A stretch of 57,911 bases of DNA from a virus (taxonomy: Duplodnaviria > Caudoviricetes). A model generated the notes under the pieces. It ran no database searches. It was not told the origin of the DNA and worked only from the letters and a program-made list of their open reading frames with translations. Shown piece after piece: positions 22,108 to 33,120 of this stretch (positions within the stretch are counted from its first letter, which is position 1; every line of letters starts with the position of its first letter). Made by a program: the position numbers and the translations under genes. The DNA lies in the IMG/VR virus record IMGVR_UViG_3300027777_000041, positions 1 through 57,911 of that record; one strand, 5' to 3'.

Positions 22108-24507
22108 CTAGCCCTCTAAATTTCTGTTAGCGATTGCCAACGCATGTGCCACATGGCTATCAGGAGTATTTAATAGTGATTCGGTATCGGAATTGATACT
22201 TTTTTTGGAGCGTTCTACTTCACGGATGAGGCGGTCAGATACGCGCCCACCGGCCTTGCGGCCCATGCGGGGAGTACCCAATGGACGTGGGTCTTGATAG
22301 CCTTCTTCCTGACCGGGGCGGCCAATCAATGCAGCTTCCGGCAATCTATATGCCGCTGGTGTACGGAGCAAACTTGGTATTTCAGGAGCCTGTCTAGTTA
22401 CCGGTGCGCCAGCTAATTCAGAGCGCCGCGCAGCCCCGGACCGCAATGCAGACGCCCCCGCCTGCGCCCCTTCGGTTGCCGCATAAGTCAACGCACTGGG
22501 GATAACGCCATGCCCTGCACCAAGCGTAACAAGCGTTCCCTTGGTAAGCCAACCAACCAATGAGCCGATGCGGCTAACTTTTTCTTCGGCGGGGGCTTTG
22601 CTGTTATTAACAATCCTGATGCTCTCAGAGAGTTTCCGCAAATTTTGTATGGACGGTTGTTCTCCAACCCCTGAAAACACGCGCTGCGCGACTTTAGGAT
22701 TATACGCTATAAACTTATCAATTCGATCTGGCAAGGAAGATAGATCCTTACCAACCTCTGGCGTCAGCACATGATTTTGTATTTGCTGAGTTACAGCAGT
22801 CATTTCGGGGGTATTTTTCCCAAGAGCATTTTCTAACCGGACATACATGGCTTCGCCAAGTTGTGGCTTCATAATACTGCCGGTAAGAATTTTTTGTGCG
22901 GCTGATGCAGACCCCACTGGGATGTTATTAACAATTTGGCCAGTGCTTTGGTCAACCATTTGGTTTACTACACGCATGAATTCAGGGCTTGAAGTCCCAT
23001 ACTTCGCAGTAAACCGTTGATGGAAATCTTTTGATGCTTCACGGGCCTTGGTAAGTTGATCAGTAATCTTCTTACCAATATCAGGATCACCCTCTTTAGT
23101 AAGGGCGGTCTTCAATGCGTTGTTGTAGACCTTATCAAATCCGTCAAGAATCACAGAAGCTGCGGTTCTATCTTCTCCAGTTGCATCATTACGAAACCCA
23201 CGCAGAACTTTACGAACGGCTTCATAATTTGATACATCGCGGGGAGCAACACCGGTTACTAAATCTTTCAACGGAAGATTATCAGACGCAATACCTTCTT
23301 CCACATACTTCATAGCCTTGGAAGCTTTATCATATCCCGCCCTTGCAAGCTCCTCTGATTCAAAAGGAATTTGCTTATCAGCAAGCATAGGGGTTATAGT
23401 TTTAATAAAATTGCCGGGGACGCTTTCATCAAACATGGCCCCCTTACCCAGCTGGGAAAGTTGTTCATATTCAGCACGGACAGCAGGCTTGGCCTCCGTT
23501 ATTTTGCGATGTAAAGCTTCGCCGATAGCTTCTTCAGCTGGCGCTGTTCCGGCCATCTTTTCCGCTTGAGCCGCCAAAGTATCTTTAGCTTTTTGCGCTG
23601 CTTGTTCACTAACTTCTTTCGCCGCAGCGGGAGCCGCCCGCCCAGACACCATACTAAGCGTGGGGGTTTCCACATTTTGGGATTGCAAAATAGCTTGCCG
23701 CGCAACGTCCGGGGTAGCGCCACGTTCAGCCGCTAGTTCCCTGTATCCCGGAATATCATTAACGCCAATTTTACCCGGCCCAACAGCCCGGTCTAAAGCT
23801 CCTTGCAACTCTGTATCAGATGCAGGCTTAACCTTGCCCGGCAAAAGTGAACCAAGTGCGCCATGAAGCGTTCCGCCAAGAACCGCGCCCGTAGCTGCGC
23901 CCTTCAAAGCTTCTCTAGGGTCCATAGTTTCAAGGGCAGAGGATACGCCGCTCAGTCCAGCAGCTTCCGCGCCTGCGCCACCAATCTCTGCGGCTCTAGT
24001 GGCAGCAGTCCCTAGTTTGGCTGCACCCGCTGCTTCCCCGGCCAGTCTTGCACCCGCGCCAAACCACCCAGTAGGCAGCAAAAAGCCTGCGCCAATGCCA
24101 GCGGCAGTGCCAGCCCCAGACAAGTATGGATTTTGCCGCTCAAGCGCCTCTTCATACTGTTTTTGTTTTTCAAATGCTTCTGAATATGTTGGTGCATTCC
24201 CAGCCAAATATCTGCCAGCCGCAATAGCCGCTCTAGGAGCGTAAAGGCCAAGCGCATTAGCACCAGATATTAATGGTGCTTGAATGGCTTGGGCAGTAGG
24301 AGACCATCCGCTTTGCTCAAGAAGCTCTTTGTCTGACTTCGCTTGCTTCTCACCCGGCGTTACCGCAACAGGCGCATTCGCCTGTGGTGCGGGTTGGGAA
24401 AATTGGGAAGCAATTTCATTTACAGTACTTTGCTGCGCTTCTGGCGACAGCCCAGTAAACTCATCGCCAACTTCTACCCTGCGGCCCATAATTTCAAGAA
24501 TAGGCAT
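22108..24507 (-). CDS. Internal virion (ejection) protein
   Basis: ~800 aa, Ala/Gly-rich; follows the S74 ejection protein. Confidence 0.7.
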   Translation of the reverse strand: MPILEIMGRRVEVGDEFTGLSPEAQQSTVNEIASQFSQPAPQANAPVAVTPGEKQAKSDKELLEQSGWSPTAQAIQAPLISGANALGLYAPRAAIAAGRYLAGNAPTYSEAFEKQKQYEEALERQNPYLSGAGTAAGIGAGFLLPTGWFGAGARLAGEAAGAAKLGTAATRAAEIGGAGAEAAGLSGVSSALETMDPREALKGAATGAVLGGTLHGALGSLLPGKVKPASDTELQGALDRAVGPGKIGVNDIPGYRELAAERGATPDVARQAILQSQNVETPTLSMVSGRAAPAAAKEVSEQAAQKAKDTLAAQAEKMAGTAPAEEAIGEALHRKITEAKPAVRAEYEQLSQLGKGAMFDESVPGNFIKTITPMLADKQIPFESEELARAGYDKASKAMKYVEEGIASDNLPLKDLVTGVAPRDVSNYEAVRKVLRGFRNDATGEDRTAASVILDGFDKVYNNALKTALTKEGDPDIGKKITDQLTKAREASKDFHQRFTAKYGTSSPEFMRVVNQMVDQSTGQIVNNIPVGSASAAQKILTGSIMKPQLGEAMYVRLENALGKNTPEMTAVTQQIQNHVLTPEVGKDLSSLPDRIDKFIAYNPKVAQRVFSGVGEQPSIQNLRKLSESIRIVNNSKAPAEEKVSRIGSLVGWLTKGTLVTLGAGHGVIPSALTYAATEGAQAGASALRSGAARRSELAGAPVTRQAPEIPSLLRTPAAYRLPEAALIGRPGQEEGYQDPRPLGTPRMGRKAGGRVSDRLIREVERSKKSINSDTESLLNTPDSHVAHALAIANRNLEG

Positions 24508-27500
24508 TAGGGCACCACCTTCCACGGAACATTGGTTGTGCTTCTACCGGACGACGGAACAGATGTAGCAGGCGGCTTGCCTACAACTTCTGCCCCCTTC
24601 GGAACAAAATCCGGCCCAAATTCGTCGCGCAAAGTGTCAACTGTCACGCGCCCATTGGGGTCTTTGGGAAGTGGAATTGTGCTATAGGCAGCTTTCCGGT
24701 AATTTTGGTAGGCGTCCTTGCCTGTCTTGTCCCTATATTCTACCAAGAACTTAGACGGAGATTTGCCAACATGATTTTTGACATATTCCGTATCCCGATC
24801 ATTTACATAGTTTAGATCGGCCAATGAATCGCCTAGCAAACGATAAACCGCTCCGGGCTCCATCGTCGGCATGGACGTTGTGCGTTCCAGTGCTTTCAAG
24901 CTAGAGGCAGGCGCTCTAGTAAGGCCAGCCTGAACTGAATCTTGCACAACCTTCCTCATAGCTTCTTTCATGGCGTAATCAAAGTCGGCGGCTTTATCGC
25001 CGGGAATGGTAATGCCAAACCGTTGTGCAAGGCTCTTGATATATGCCTGCACATCTGCACCGCGTCCAGATTGGAATCGGCTATATGTATTGGCAAGATT
25101 GAGGAGTTCTTGCCTTTGATTGTCTGCAACATCAAGCCGCTTGGTAGCATCTTTTTCGTAATCGTTAGCATTCCCAAGAACTTGTTCAGCCCTCTTTTCA
25201 TTCTGTTTATATTGAAGATCAGTTGCCTGCTTCAAAAGAGTATCCATACGTGTTTGTTCTTGTTGCGCTTGGCTGTTCAAAAGAGATGCTTGAGCCTGCG
25301 CCGTTGGAGTTTGGATGGATGCAAGAGAATTAGCCCTTGTCTTCAATCTATTAATGTCTTGCTGGATAAGGCGCGGATCATTGGTCCCTGTAAGCTTATA
25401 CGCAGCGGGATTTTGTCTGGCATCATCCATCAATTCTTGTTGGCTCATATCTTCTTTGGGCTTGCTTTCTGATCTTTGGATTTGGACTTGCGGAGGGTCT
25501 AATGTCTGTGCCGCGCCTGCGGGTGGCGCACTAATAGCAGGAGTAGTAGCGCCCGCTACTTCTTTTCGGGCCGCAGGGGTTTGTGGACGCGGCGGCATAT
25601 CAGAAGGTTCTTGCCTAACAAGACCACCGCCGACCGGGCCTAGCCCATATTGAGCCGGAGAAATACCAGCAGAACTGAGCATTTTCGCTACAGAAGATTG
25701 GACCTGTCCGGGAGAAACAAGATTCCCCGTCATTGTGTCGCGGAACGCAACATTATTATTGTCATCTCTTGTTTCTTGGAAACGACCCTTAACAAGGTCA
25801 AAGATTTGCTTTGCAGCTTCTTGCTGTTGTTTGAATTGGGTTTGATAGCCGGATACGCCGCCGACAAGACCTTCGCCTACAGCGCCAAGAAGAGTTTGGT
25901 TCTTGGAAGCCAACATAGAGCCTAGACCAGCCAATGCGGGGACCCAGAAATTAGCCGACGTAGGCGTTCCCTGCGGCAGATACTCACTAGCAACATCACC
26001 CAAAGACGCTTCACCAGCACCCTTACCGCTATATGTGGATGGGGCGCGCTCAGAACGTCCAATCATACCGGGCGGGGACAGCCCTTGGTTGAACGAAGTC
26101 CATGTAGGGGAAAGCGTTTTGAGAATTGGGGGCGACAGCCCTTGTTCCTTCAAATCAGCATCAAGGTCACGGCCTGTGCGGGCCTTATAATCCTGCATTG
26201 CTAATTCTTTAGTAGCAGCGTCTTGATAGCCTTCAGTCATAGGAGCGCCGCCAGTTATGCGGTTCCAAGTGCCATGAATGAATTGACCAGCACCAGCGGC
26301 GGATGATTCGCCGCCCATTGGCTTACCGGGGCCGGGGTGCCCCTCTTCGGGGTTAAATGTTTCTTTCCCGCCTTGGCGGATGTTGTAACGGGGCTTACCG
26401 TTTTCATCCATTCCGCCTTCACCAGCATATGTCCTATTAATGAACTGCTGCCAGTGCGGCTCCATTTCTTCTTTTCTTTGCGGAGCAATTTTATATGTTG
26501 GTTCGTCGCCACCGCCGCCATCTGCCGAAACTACAGAATCTAAATCCTGTGTGTCATTGGCAAGAACGCGCTCACCGTCCGCATGATGCTGGCGCGGGAT
26601 CAAGCCACCATAAGCAAACGGCGTCCTGCCACCATCAGCAGCGAAAAGTGTTGGCAAGAATTTTGCGAAGCTGGAGCCAGCACTATACAGACCGCCAACG
26701 CCCTTCGCCAAATTAGCAGCATCCATAATGTCATTGCCAATACCCCGGCCCTGACCGGGAGCGCCGCCAACACCGGGCTTTTGAAGGCTTTTGGAAATCA
26801 GCGACCCGGATTGAAGAACATCCTTCATGGGGTCTTCGCCAGCTTTGGTTTCATCATAGTTGTAGGGCGTTGGCTCATCGTCACCTACGCCGCCAGCAGT
26901 TGCATAACCGTGACGCGGAACAATTAGACCGCCGTTGGCCGCAATTTGCTTTTTACCCCAAGCAAGGCCACTCTTGCCCATGTCATATAGGCCAGCAATG
27001 TTTTTGCCGGTTTCAACAGCCGAACCCAATCCGGCTTGGTTTTGTCGCAACAGCTTAGAATCAGCAATCATCAACTTGCCAATAGGTAGGTTTGCAGCAG
27101 GAACATACCCCGCCACGCCCGGCATACCACCAGTGTTTGGCATTCCCGGCATACCACCGTCCGCAAAACCCTCACCAGCAAGACCGGGGGCAACTGCGCC
27201 GCCCATCGAAGACGGATCATAGTCACCCATGACGCCGCCACCGTAGTCCTTGTTGGTCCGGGTAGCCTTGTCATAATCAACCGTCTTGTACATCTTGCCA
27301 TCAGAGGCAGGCGCAAGACCAACCGCTTCGGGCTTACGCTTTTCAACGTCCTGCGCCATCAAACCAATTTGGGTCTTGTTGTCGCCATTGTACTTGTAGC
27401 TGTAAATCGGCAAACCATCATCGGTCTCACCGATTCGACGGGCATCATGCTTCAGGCGTTCATCGGAGAAGAACCCTTGCGGCTGCGTGGTGGTCGTAGT

Positions 27501-28277
27501 TGAACCAGACAGCGCGCCAGTGCCCATAGCAATGTTGGCAAGGAACTGGGCAGTTTGGAAGTCGTAACCGCGCTGTTGAAGGAACTGTTGATACTTGGCA
27601 GTAAGATCTGCCTGTTGGGTTTGTTGCTCCACCGTACCGGCAGCAATCTGAGCTTGTGCGCCTTGGAGCCCAGCTTGCTGGGCTGCAGTACCAAGACCGG
27701 CAACTTGCTGACCAGCTTGCATCCTGCGGGCCAAATCAGCGGCAACAACACCTTGTTGACCCTGCGCCGTTTGCACAGCCTGCTGGTAGCCTTGTTGATA
27801 GATCGGGGCAATCGCCTGTGCAGTAGCAAGGTTCTGTTGACCGGCCAGCTGCGCCCGCTGAAGGCCGGAACGCTCACCAAACGCAGCACCAGACTTAATA
27901 GCCTGCGCTTGTTGTTGGGAACGCTCTTGGCCTTGCTGTTGTTGCAATGCTTGAAGAGTAGGCGCGGCAACTGCCTGCGTATAGGGGTTCTGATAGTAGC
28001 CAATTTGATTTTGTGTCAGAGCGCCGACATCTTGCGCTCCAGACAAAGTTAGACCCGTAGCGGCATTATAATAAGGCTGCGCTTGTGTAGCAGAAGTAGA
28101 AGTATTCTGAATGCCCGCAGTTTGGGTGGGCGTCAGACCGGCAACAAATTGATCAGTATAGGGCTGGAACGGTGTTTGAGCGACTTGTTCTGCGCGGGCA
28201 TTGACGGAGTTATACCGCGCCAGAACTTCTGGCGGGATACTAACCGACTGGCTAGATTGACTTGTCTTGCCACCCAT
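24507..28277 (-). CDS. Large ejection protein with S74-like intramolecular chaperone and lambda-R-like lysozyme domain
   Basis: Q/A/G-rich N-terminus; SDERLKHD...IYSYKY...GLMAQDVE...VDY; SSAAGAGQF...TW...QD......WTSF. Confidence 0.8.
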   Translation of the reverse strand: MGGKTSQSSQSVSIPPEVLARYNSVNARAEQVAQTPFQPYTDQFVAGLTPTQTAGIQNTSTSATQAQPYYNAATGLTLSGAQDVGALTQNQIGYYQNPYTQAVAAPTLQALQQQQGQERSQQQAQAIKSGAAFGERSGLQRAQLAGQQNLATAQAIAPIYQQGYQQAVQTAQGQQGVVAADLARRMQAGQQVAGLGTAAQQAGLQGAQAQIAAGTVEQQTQQADLTAKYQQFLQQRGYDFQTAQFLANIAMGTGALSGSTTTTTQPQGFFSDERLKHDARRIGETDDGLPIYSYKYNGDNKTQIGLMAQDVEKRKPEAVGLAPASDGKMYKTVDYDKATRTNKDYGGGVMGDYDPSSMGGAVAPGLAGEGFADGGMPGMPNTGGMPGVAGYVPAANLPIGKLMIADSKLLRQNQAGLGSAVETGKNIAGLYDMGKSGLAWGKKQIAANGGLIVPRHGYATAGGVGDDEPTPYNYDETKAGEDPMKDVLQSGSLISKSLQKPGVGGAPGQGRGIGNDIMDAANLAKGVGGLYSAGSSFAKFLPTLFAADGGRTPFAYGGLIPRQHHADGERVLANDTQDLDSVVSADGGGGDEPTYKIAPQRKEEMEPHWQQFINRTYAGEGGMDENGKPRYNIRQGGKETFNPEEGHPGPGKPMGGESSAAGAGQFIHGTWNRITGGAPMTEGYQDAATKELAMQDYKARTGRDLDADLKEQGLSPPILKTLSPTWTSFNQGLSPPGMIGRSERAPSTYSGKGAGEASLGDVASEYLPQGTPTSANFWVPALAGLGSMLASKNQTLLGAVGEGLVGGVSGYQTQFKQQQEAAKQIFDLVKGRFQETRDDNNNVAFRDTMTGNLVSPGQVQSSVAKMLSSAGISPAQYGLGPVGGGLVRQEPSDMPPRPQTPAARKEVAGATTPAISAPPAGAAQTLDPPQVQIQRSESKPKEDMSQQELMDDARQNPAAYKLTGTNDPRLIQQDINRLKTRANSLASIQTPTAQAQASLLNSQAQQEQTRMDTLLKQATDLQYKQNEKRAEQVLGNANDYEKDATKRLDVADNQRQELLNLANTYSRFQSGRGADVQAYIKSLAQRFGITIPGDKAADFDYAMKEAMRKVVQDSVQAGLTRAPASSLKALERTTSMPTMEPGAVYRLLGDSLADLNYVNDRDTEYVKNHVGKSPSKFLVEYRDKTGKDAYQNYRKAAYSTIPLPKDPNGRVTVDTLRDEFGPDFVPKGAEVVGKPPATSVPSSGRSTTNVPWKVVP

Positions 28278-28282
28278 TCCAT

Positions 28283-28774
28283 TTACTCCGATGGGGCCGC
28301 GAAGGCACCCGTTTCTGCATTATACAAGAAAAACGCCCCACTAGGCTTACCAAATTGACGCTCATAAAGACGAACTTTGGCTTCCGTCCTATGATTGGAA
28401 AGTACTCCAATAATCAAAGGCAACCCTAATTCATCTGACGCCTGTTTAGTAAACTCACAAAGACGCCTAGCTCTTCCACCCTTGGCGCTTCTGTGTTCAG
28501 GATGCACAAAAATAGCCTTTTCTTCTAATACAGGACTTTGACTATACCACATGGTTCCTATCCTGAGAAGGACTGCACCTTCCAAAATACCATTTTCACC
28601 CTCAATGATACCCATTAAACCTTTATCAAGATTTAATGCAGGCCAGATTTCAGCCAATAATTTCTGCGGATCAGGATTTACAAATCCATTTTCCCCGCAG
28701 GCGCTTAATGCCAATTCCATCATAGGATGCACATCTTCCGGCACCCCAATCCGTACCCCCAAGTCTTCAACCAT
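28283..28774 (-). CDS. GNAT-fold acetyltransferase-like protein
   Basis: FVHPEHR.AKGG.ARRL...RLYER; lies upstream of ejection genes. Confidence 0.65.
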   Translation of the reverse strand: MVEDLGVRIGVPEDVHPMMELALSACGENGFVNPDPQKLLAEIWPALNLDKGLMGIIEGENGILEGAVLLRIGTMWYSQSPVLEEKAIFVHPEHRSAKGGRARRLCEFTKQASDELGLPLIIGVLSNHRTEAKVRLYERQFGKPSGAFFLYNAETGAFAAPSE

Positions 28775-28787
28775 GCCTATACCCCCA

Positions 28788-29348
28788 TTAATCCTGCTTC
28801 GGGCCGGGTAGCTTCTTAAGCGTATCCACTGTCTTCGCCCGCATTTTCTTCACAAACTCATCTAGTTCGCCGTGTCCTGCATCCATGTCGCCATTGCCCA
28901 TATTAGCGACTACTTCGGGAGAAATAACATATTCACCGCCTGCCGCAACAATAGGAACTAGTTGGCCCGCATACCCACCAGTGGCATATCCGGCAGGATG
29001 CCCACCATATTGGTTAGTAATATCGTTCATAATCTTAAAGCCAGCCATCGTATTGCCTTCACCCATTGCAGAGATTATGTCTGCGGGGATGACATACGAT
29101 CCTGATGGAACATGCATTGGCAAGTGATCTGTGCGGCCAGCAACCGCACTATGGATAGGACCAACATGCGGCTTGACGCCCTGCGTCTGTGGCTTTGCGG
29201 GTGGCAATGGGCTACCGCCCCCGGCCTTCTTTTTGCGTGATTCGCTAAGTGCTATGGCGATTGCTTGTTTTTGCGGGCGTCCGCTATGAACCAGTTCACT
29301 GATGTTAGAACTGACGATCTTGGGCGATGATCCGTGCTTCAGCGGCAT
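28788..29348 (-). CDS. Virion protein with duplicated G(S/E)YVI..D/E..A.MG.G module
   Basis: GRTDHLP..VPSGSYVIPADIISAMGEG and AAGGEYVISPEVVANMGNG. Confidence 0.7.
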   Translation of the reverse strand: MPLKHGSSPKIVSSNISELVHSGRPQKQAIAIALSESRKKKAGGGSPLPPAKPQTQGVKPHVGPIHSAVAGRTDHLPMHVPSGSYVIPADIISAMGEGNTMAGFKIMNDITNQYGGHPAGYATGGYAGQLVPIVAAGGEYVISPEVVANMGNGDMDAGHGELDEFVKKMRAKTVDTLKKLPGPKQD

Positions 29349-29351
29349 GAT

Positions 29352-29708
29352 TTACCCCGGAGAATATGTGACATTGATAGACTGCCCAGTGCCGGGGACA
29401 ATTACCAAACCAGAATTAAAAAACTGCCCAGTTTGATAAACGCCAACAGTTGCGGGCGTTGCACACAAAACATTTCCAGCAGCTGCTAGTGCCGTGGTCG
29501 ATGCGTTATTAATTGTGCCAGCAGCACTGCCCGCTACGACTACAGCATAATTAACCAGATACCCGCTTCCAGCGATTACCAGTGTTGAAGCCGTAACGGT
29601 AGCAGAGGTTTGCGTTCCTTGCCCACGTAAATTGGATGTTGACACATTGTTGAGCGCAACAACGCCGTTCTTCTGGGTAGTAAGGATGTCGGAAAGACTA
29701 GCAGTCAT
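29352..29708 (-). CDS. Virion structural protein
   Basis: 118 aa, in the late operon. Confidence 0.7.
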   Translation of the reverse strand: MTASLSDILTTQKNGVVALNNVSTSNLRGQGTQTSATVTASTLVIAGSGYLVNYAVVVAGSAAGTINNASTTALAAAGNVLCATPATVGVYQTGQFFNSGLVIVPGTGQSINVTYSPG

Positions 29709-31990
29709 TAGTATCTACCGTCAGGTTGGAAGCGATAGCGGATGTTTCCAAGACGCCACCAAGAGCCAATGTCATTGCTTTCAATCTTAACAGAGACAAG
29801 GCGGCCCCGAAACCTTGGTGTTAAAAACGTAGTAGCTTGTGTCATTGTATATGGGCCATATACCAAAGGTGTTTGGCCAGCATAATCAGCAACGTAGAAC
29901 GTGATTAGCACGTTTGCGCCTTGCGTACCACCATAATAGCCCCACTTCATATCGGGCCAAATCTGGTCAATAAACATCTTTTCATTGGCTTCAGTAATAA
30001 CAAAATAACCAGTTTGAAAAGATGACAGCATTGCCTTCCCGTCAGCATCGGGAGAAGTTTCATGTTGATAAATATAAGTATCGTCAGCCGCTCCAATTGG
30101 CGGTCCAAGTACAGATTCATTAATCCAAGCGGTTCTGCTAAGTTTACCAAAATCCCATTGATCAAGTACATAATTGTACTTTACGTAATGGCTGTTTTCC
30201 CCGCCGTTTGACTTGGTTGGATAGTACCAAGCAACCTCACCAAAACGGGAGTTCGCAGCAAATCTAATATTATCTAGCTTGTTGGTATCTAAATCTTGGA
30301 ACACAACATCCCAGACAGGGCACCGAATGGGGGACACACCGTCCCCAGATAGCCGATAAAACTGGCTTTGTCCCATCCAGTAAACCACACCACTGACAGA
30401 TCCAGCTGCCTTGCGGCCAATCAATCCGCAGCCAGTTCCCAGTTCATTGAATTGGTAGACGTATGGTGGGCCAGCGTATTGCATAGCCCATATGCCAAGA
30501 TCAGTCCAAATAAGTCCTTGTTGGGGGCCTTGAATACATTGGACAATTCGGGAACCTTTGGGAATCCGGTAGCTTCCCGCTTGGTTGGTGATAAGAGCAA
30601 TCCATTGGTTATAGTCGTTTACATCGCACCAGCGGATGAGCATAGGGTCTACAATACCGGTAAATGTAGAGCCCCACGCAATGATTTGGCGTTGTGGCAT
30701 GGCAACGAACATGCCGTTATTGACGGGAGGGGCTTGTGGGATAATTGTTGCAATAGGATTGCCCGAATTGGGGTCCCATTCATAAATTGGCCCACCATAA
30801 GGAGACGCCAACAGAAATCCGCCCCAATTATCTAGGGTCCAATCTATTGCATTGATCGGTACGCCAGCACCATTTTGCCCACCGGCCCCAGTTCCATATG
30901 CGCCAGACCCATATCCGCCTGCACCATAACCTTTTGCTGCACTGCCGGGGCCAATCCCGTTATGGTATAGAAGACGGACGTTGCCGGAATTTTCGTAACC
31001 ACTAGTAGTTAAGGTGGCGATGGAAGGACCGGAAATTAAAAACTGGCTTGTGCTAGATACAGATATAACTGTGTAATTTCCATAAAAAGTTATGCCGCCT
31101 ATTGTAGAAGCGACAAGAACAGGGAAAGTATCTCCAGCCGCATATCCGTGGTTTGCTAGTGTTACAGTAGCAAAATCACTAGCTAGTGTTGTATTAAATT
31201 GCGACACAACCCCGCCATTAACTACAGTAGACGTTGCATTTGCTGGGTTTCCAAGTGGATCTATTGCATAAATTGTATATGTATTTGCTGATCCGCCATA
31301 GTTATAACATTGGTACTGGCCAAATAATACTATTCCACCAACGGTTACTTGCGTTAATATGTTAACAACATCGTATGGGTCTGCATACCGGCCCGTATCT
31401 GTAATAGTTACGACATTGCTCCCAGTTGTAGTAGAGAAACTAACAGCAATATTGACAGTGAGATCTTGTGGCGTCAGGTCATTAATGCCGCCGCTCACAA
31501 TTACCGACAGAGATCCGCCGCCACCAGCAATGGTTCCGCCAGAGACATATGTGGTGGTTGTGGAACTAGAGTAAGATACTGAATTTGCTGTTGTTCCTGT
31601 GACGATATAAGTTCCGTTATACGCAGATGGGTTTATCCCAGCCACAATAATTTTTTGGTTTGTGACAAAAGTAAACGGTTTCGCATATGTGAGCGTAACG
31701 GTAGTTCCGTTTCCACTTGCGCCAGTAACCACAAGCGGGGCTTGGCCATCGGCACCAACAGCCAGATATGAGTTTGCGTTGCTATCTTCCCATGCCCATA
31801 GGCAACGAACGTAAGACCCTATCGCCCCATAGAAAAATTTAGTCCAGCCACCAAGTTTTTGGACCAACCCACCAAGGGTTCTATCCGGTATGAACCGGAC
31901 AAGTTGGCTCACAGAAATTGCAGCTTCATTGAGGGTTGGAGTTTTGTTCTGGTCCACGCCCGGCAAAATTTTGAACGCGCTGTGGGGCAT
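29708..31990 (-). CDS. Tail tubular/nozzle (DNA stabilisation) protein
   Basis: WTLDNWG; DPMLIRWCD; NQAGSYR; IWPD; RFRGR...WRLG..R...PDGR beta-propeller pattern. Confidence 0.75.
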   Translation of the reverse strand: MPHSAFKILPGVDQNKTPTLNEAAISVSQLVRFIPDRTLGGLVQKLGGWTKFFYGAIGSYVRCLWAWEDSNANSYLAVGADGQAPLVVTGASGNGTTVTLTYAKPFTFVTNQKIIVAGINPSAYNGTYIVTGTTANSVSYSSSTTTTYVSGGTIAGGGGSLSVIVSGGINDLTPQDLTVNIAVSFSTTTGSNVVTITDTGRYADPYDVVNILTQVTVGGIVLFGQYQCYNYGGSANTYTIYAIDPLGNPANATSTVVNGGVVSQFNTTLASDFATVTLANHGYAAGDTFPVLVASTIGGITFYGNYTVISVSSTSQFLISGPSIATLTTSGYENSGNVRLLYHNGIGPGSAAKGYGAGGYGSGAYGTGAGGQNGAGVPINAIDWTLDNWGGFLLASPYGGPIYEWDPNSGNPIATIIPQAPPVNNGMFVAMPQRQIIAWGSTFTGIVDPMLIRWCDVNDYNQWIALITNQAGSYRIPKGSRIVQCIQGPQQGLIWTDLGIWAMQYAGPPYVYQFNELGTGCGLIGRKAAGSVSGVVYWMGQSQFYRLSGDGVSPIRCPVWDVVFQDLDTNKLDNIRFAANSRFGEVAWYYPTKSNGGENSHYVKYNYVLDQWDFGKLSRTAWINESVLGPPIGAADDTYIYQHETSPDADGKAMLSSFQTGYFVITEANEKMFIDQIWPDMKWGYYGGTQGANVLITFYVADYAGQTPLVYGPYTMTQATTFLTPRFRGRLVSVKIESNDIGSWWRLGNIRYRFQPDGRY

Positions 31991-31993
31991 GGA

Positions 31994-32737
31994 TTACCCC
32001 CGCGTCGGTGTTGCAGTGGTAGATGGAGACTGCGAAGACCAAGCGGCAGCTTCGAACTTCTTGCGGTTTTCTTCCGTAAGTGCCGATTTCAAGAGTGCCT
32101 GATATTGGCTCTCATAAGTGATAGCCATCTGGGGGTCATCATTAGCCCGACCAAAGTTTCTTTGATACGCGCTGATGTAGATCATGGATGCCATGATAAA
32201 CACATCTGGCAAGTAAAGGCTAATAAATGTTGTAGTATTCGTGGCCGACAAGCTATCTGGACGGTATGTGCCAACTATTTCACATGTATAATTAGCGTCT
32301 GGATAGGGGCCAACCAGAAACGTATAGTCGTCAAATGGCACAAAATATTGCGGGGTTCCACGGTTTGCTACAGCACCAGACCCATATACCGCATCAAGAA
32401 ATTCTTTAGTTGTAGGCAACAATGGAACACGGGTGCCAATGTCTGGATTACTTGTGCCGCTGGGGGTAATTACGTTGATTTGTTCTGGAACCACAAGAGT
32501 GCCCGCAGGAACGGCGATGATCCGGTTCCCTGCCGTGAGGCCGTAGGCTGTGGTGGCGATAGAGGTAAACAGAAAATCCAGATCACGGTACATCCTATTT
32601 TCAGCATAGGTGATCATTTGCGGCAAGATAGTAAGATAGGCAGAATCAGTCGGCGACACTACAGCCATCGTGGCAATCTGGTCCACATAGCTATTCGTGC
32701 CCGTTACAGTCCCAGCGTATGAAAGACCAGTAGTCAA
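31994..32737 (-). CDS. Head-tail adaptor / tail tubular protein
   Basis: ITYAENRMYRDL...GTPQYF...VGPYPDANY...YLPD. Confidence 0.7.
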   Translation of the reverse strand: MTTGLSYAGTVTGTNSYVDQIATMAVVSPTDSAYLTILPQMITYAENRMYRDLDFLFTSIATTAYGLTAGNRIIAVPAGTLVVPEQINVITPSGTSNPDIGTRVPLLPTTKEFLDAVYGSGAVANRGTPQYFVPFDDYTFLVGPYPDANYTCEIVGTYRPDSLSATNTTTFISLYLPDVFIMASMIYISAYQRNFGRANDDPQMAITYESQYQALLKSALTEENRKKFEAAAWSSQSPSTTATPTRG

Positions 32738-32768
32738 TGCCTATCTCCTTACCGGCCCACTATAACAC

Positions 32769-32966
32769 TTAATTAAGGCCAGCGCACCAGCCTTCTCTGC
32801 GGGCATTGTTTACTTTAATTTCACGGATTGTTTGATCCGTATCTTTGGAGGACCAAGAAACGTCCCGCCAAACGCTACAAGCAGATTTAGTCGTTACGCT
32901 GGAACTGGTCATGCTGGCGCAGCCTGCCAGAGGACAGATCAATAGAATCGCCAGAACGTACCGCAT
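32769..32966 (-). CDS. o-spanin (Rz1-like lipoprotein)
   Basis: MRYVLAILLICPLAGC lipobox; overlaps the i-spanin gene. Confidence 0.75.
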   Translation of the reverse strand: MRYVLAILLICPLAGCASMTSSSVTTKSACSVWRDVSWSSKDTDQTIREIKVNNARREGWCAGLN

Positions 32967-33120
32967 TTTCAGCCCTCCGAAGCGCGTCCGCAGTAGCCCT
33001 TGCCTCAACTTCTGCAACAGCATCTCTGCGTATTTTGTAAATGACACAACTAGTTAGCCCAATGACTAACATTGCAATAGCGGCATACTTACCAATGGGC
33101 GTAAACAAAAACGCAATCAC
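32887..33120 (-). CDS. i-spanin (Rz-like)
   Basis: N-terminal TM then helical region; downstream of the endolysin. Confidence 0.7.
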   Translation of the reverse strand: MIAFLFTPIGKYAAIAMLVIGLTSCVIYKIRRDAVAEVEARATADALRRAENAVRSGDSIDLSSGRLRQHDQFQRND

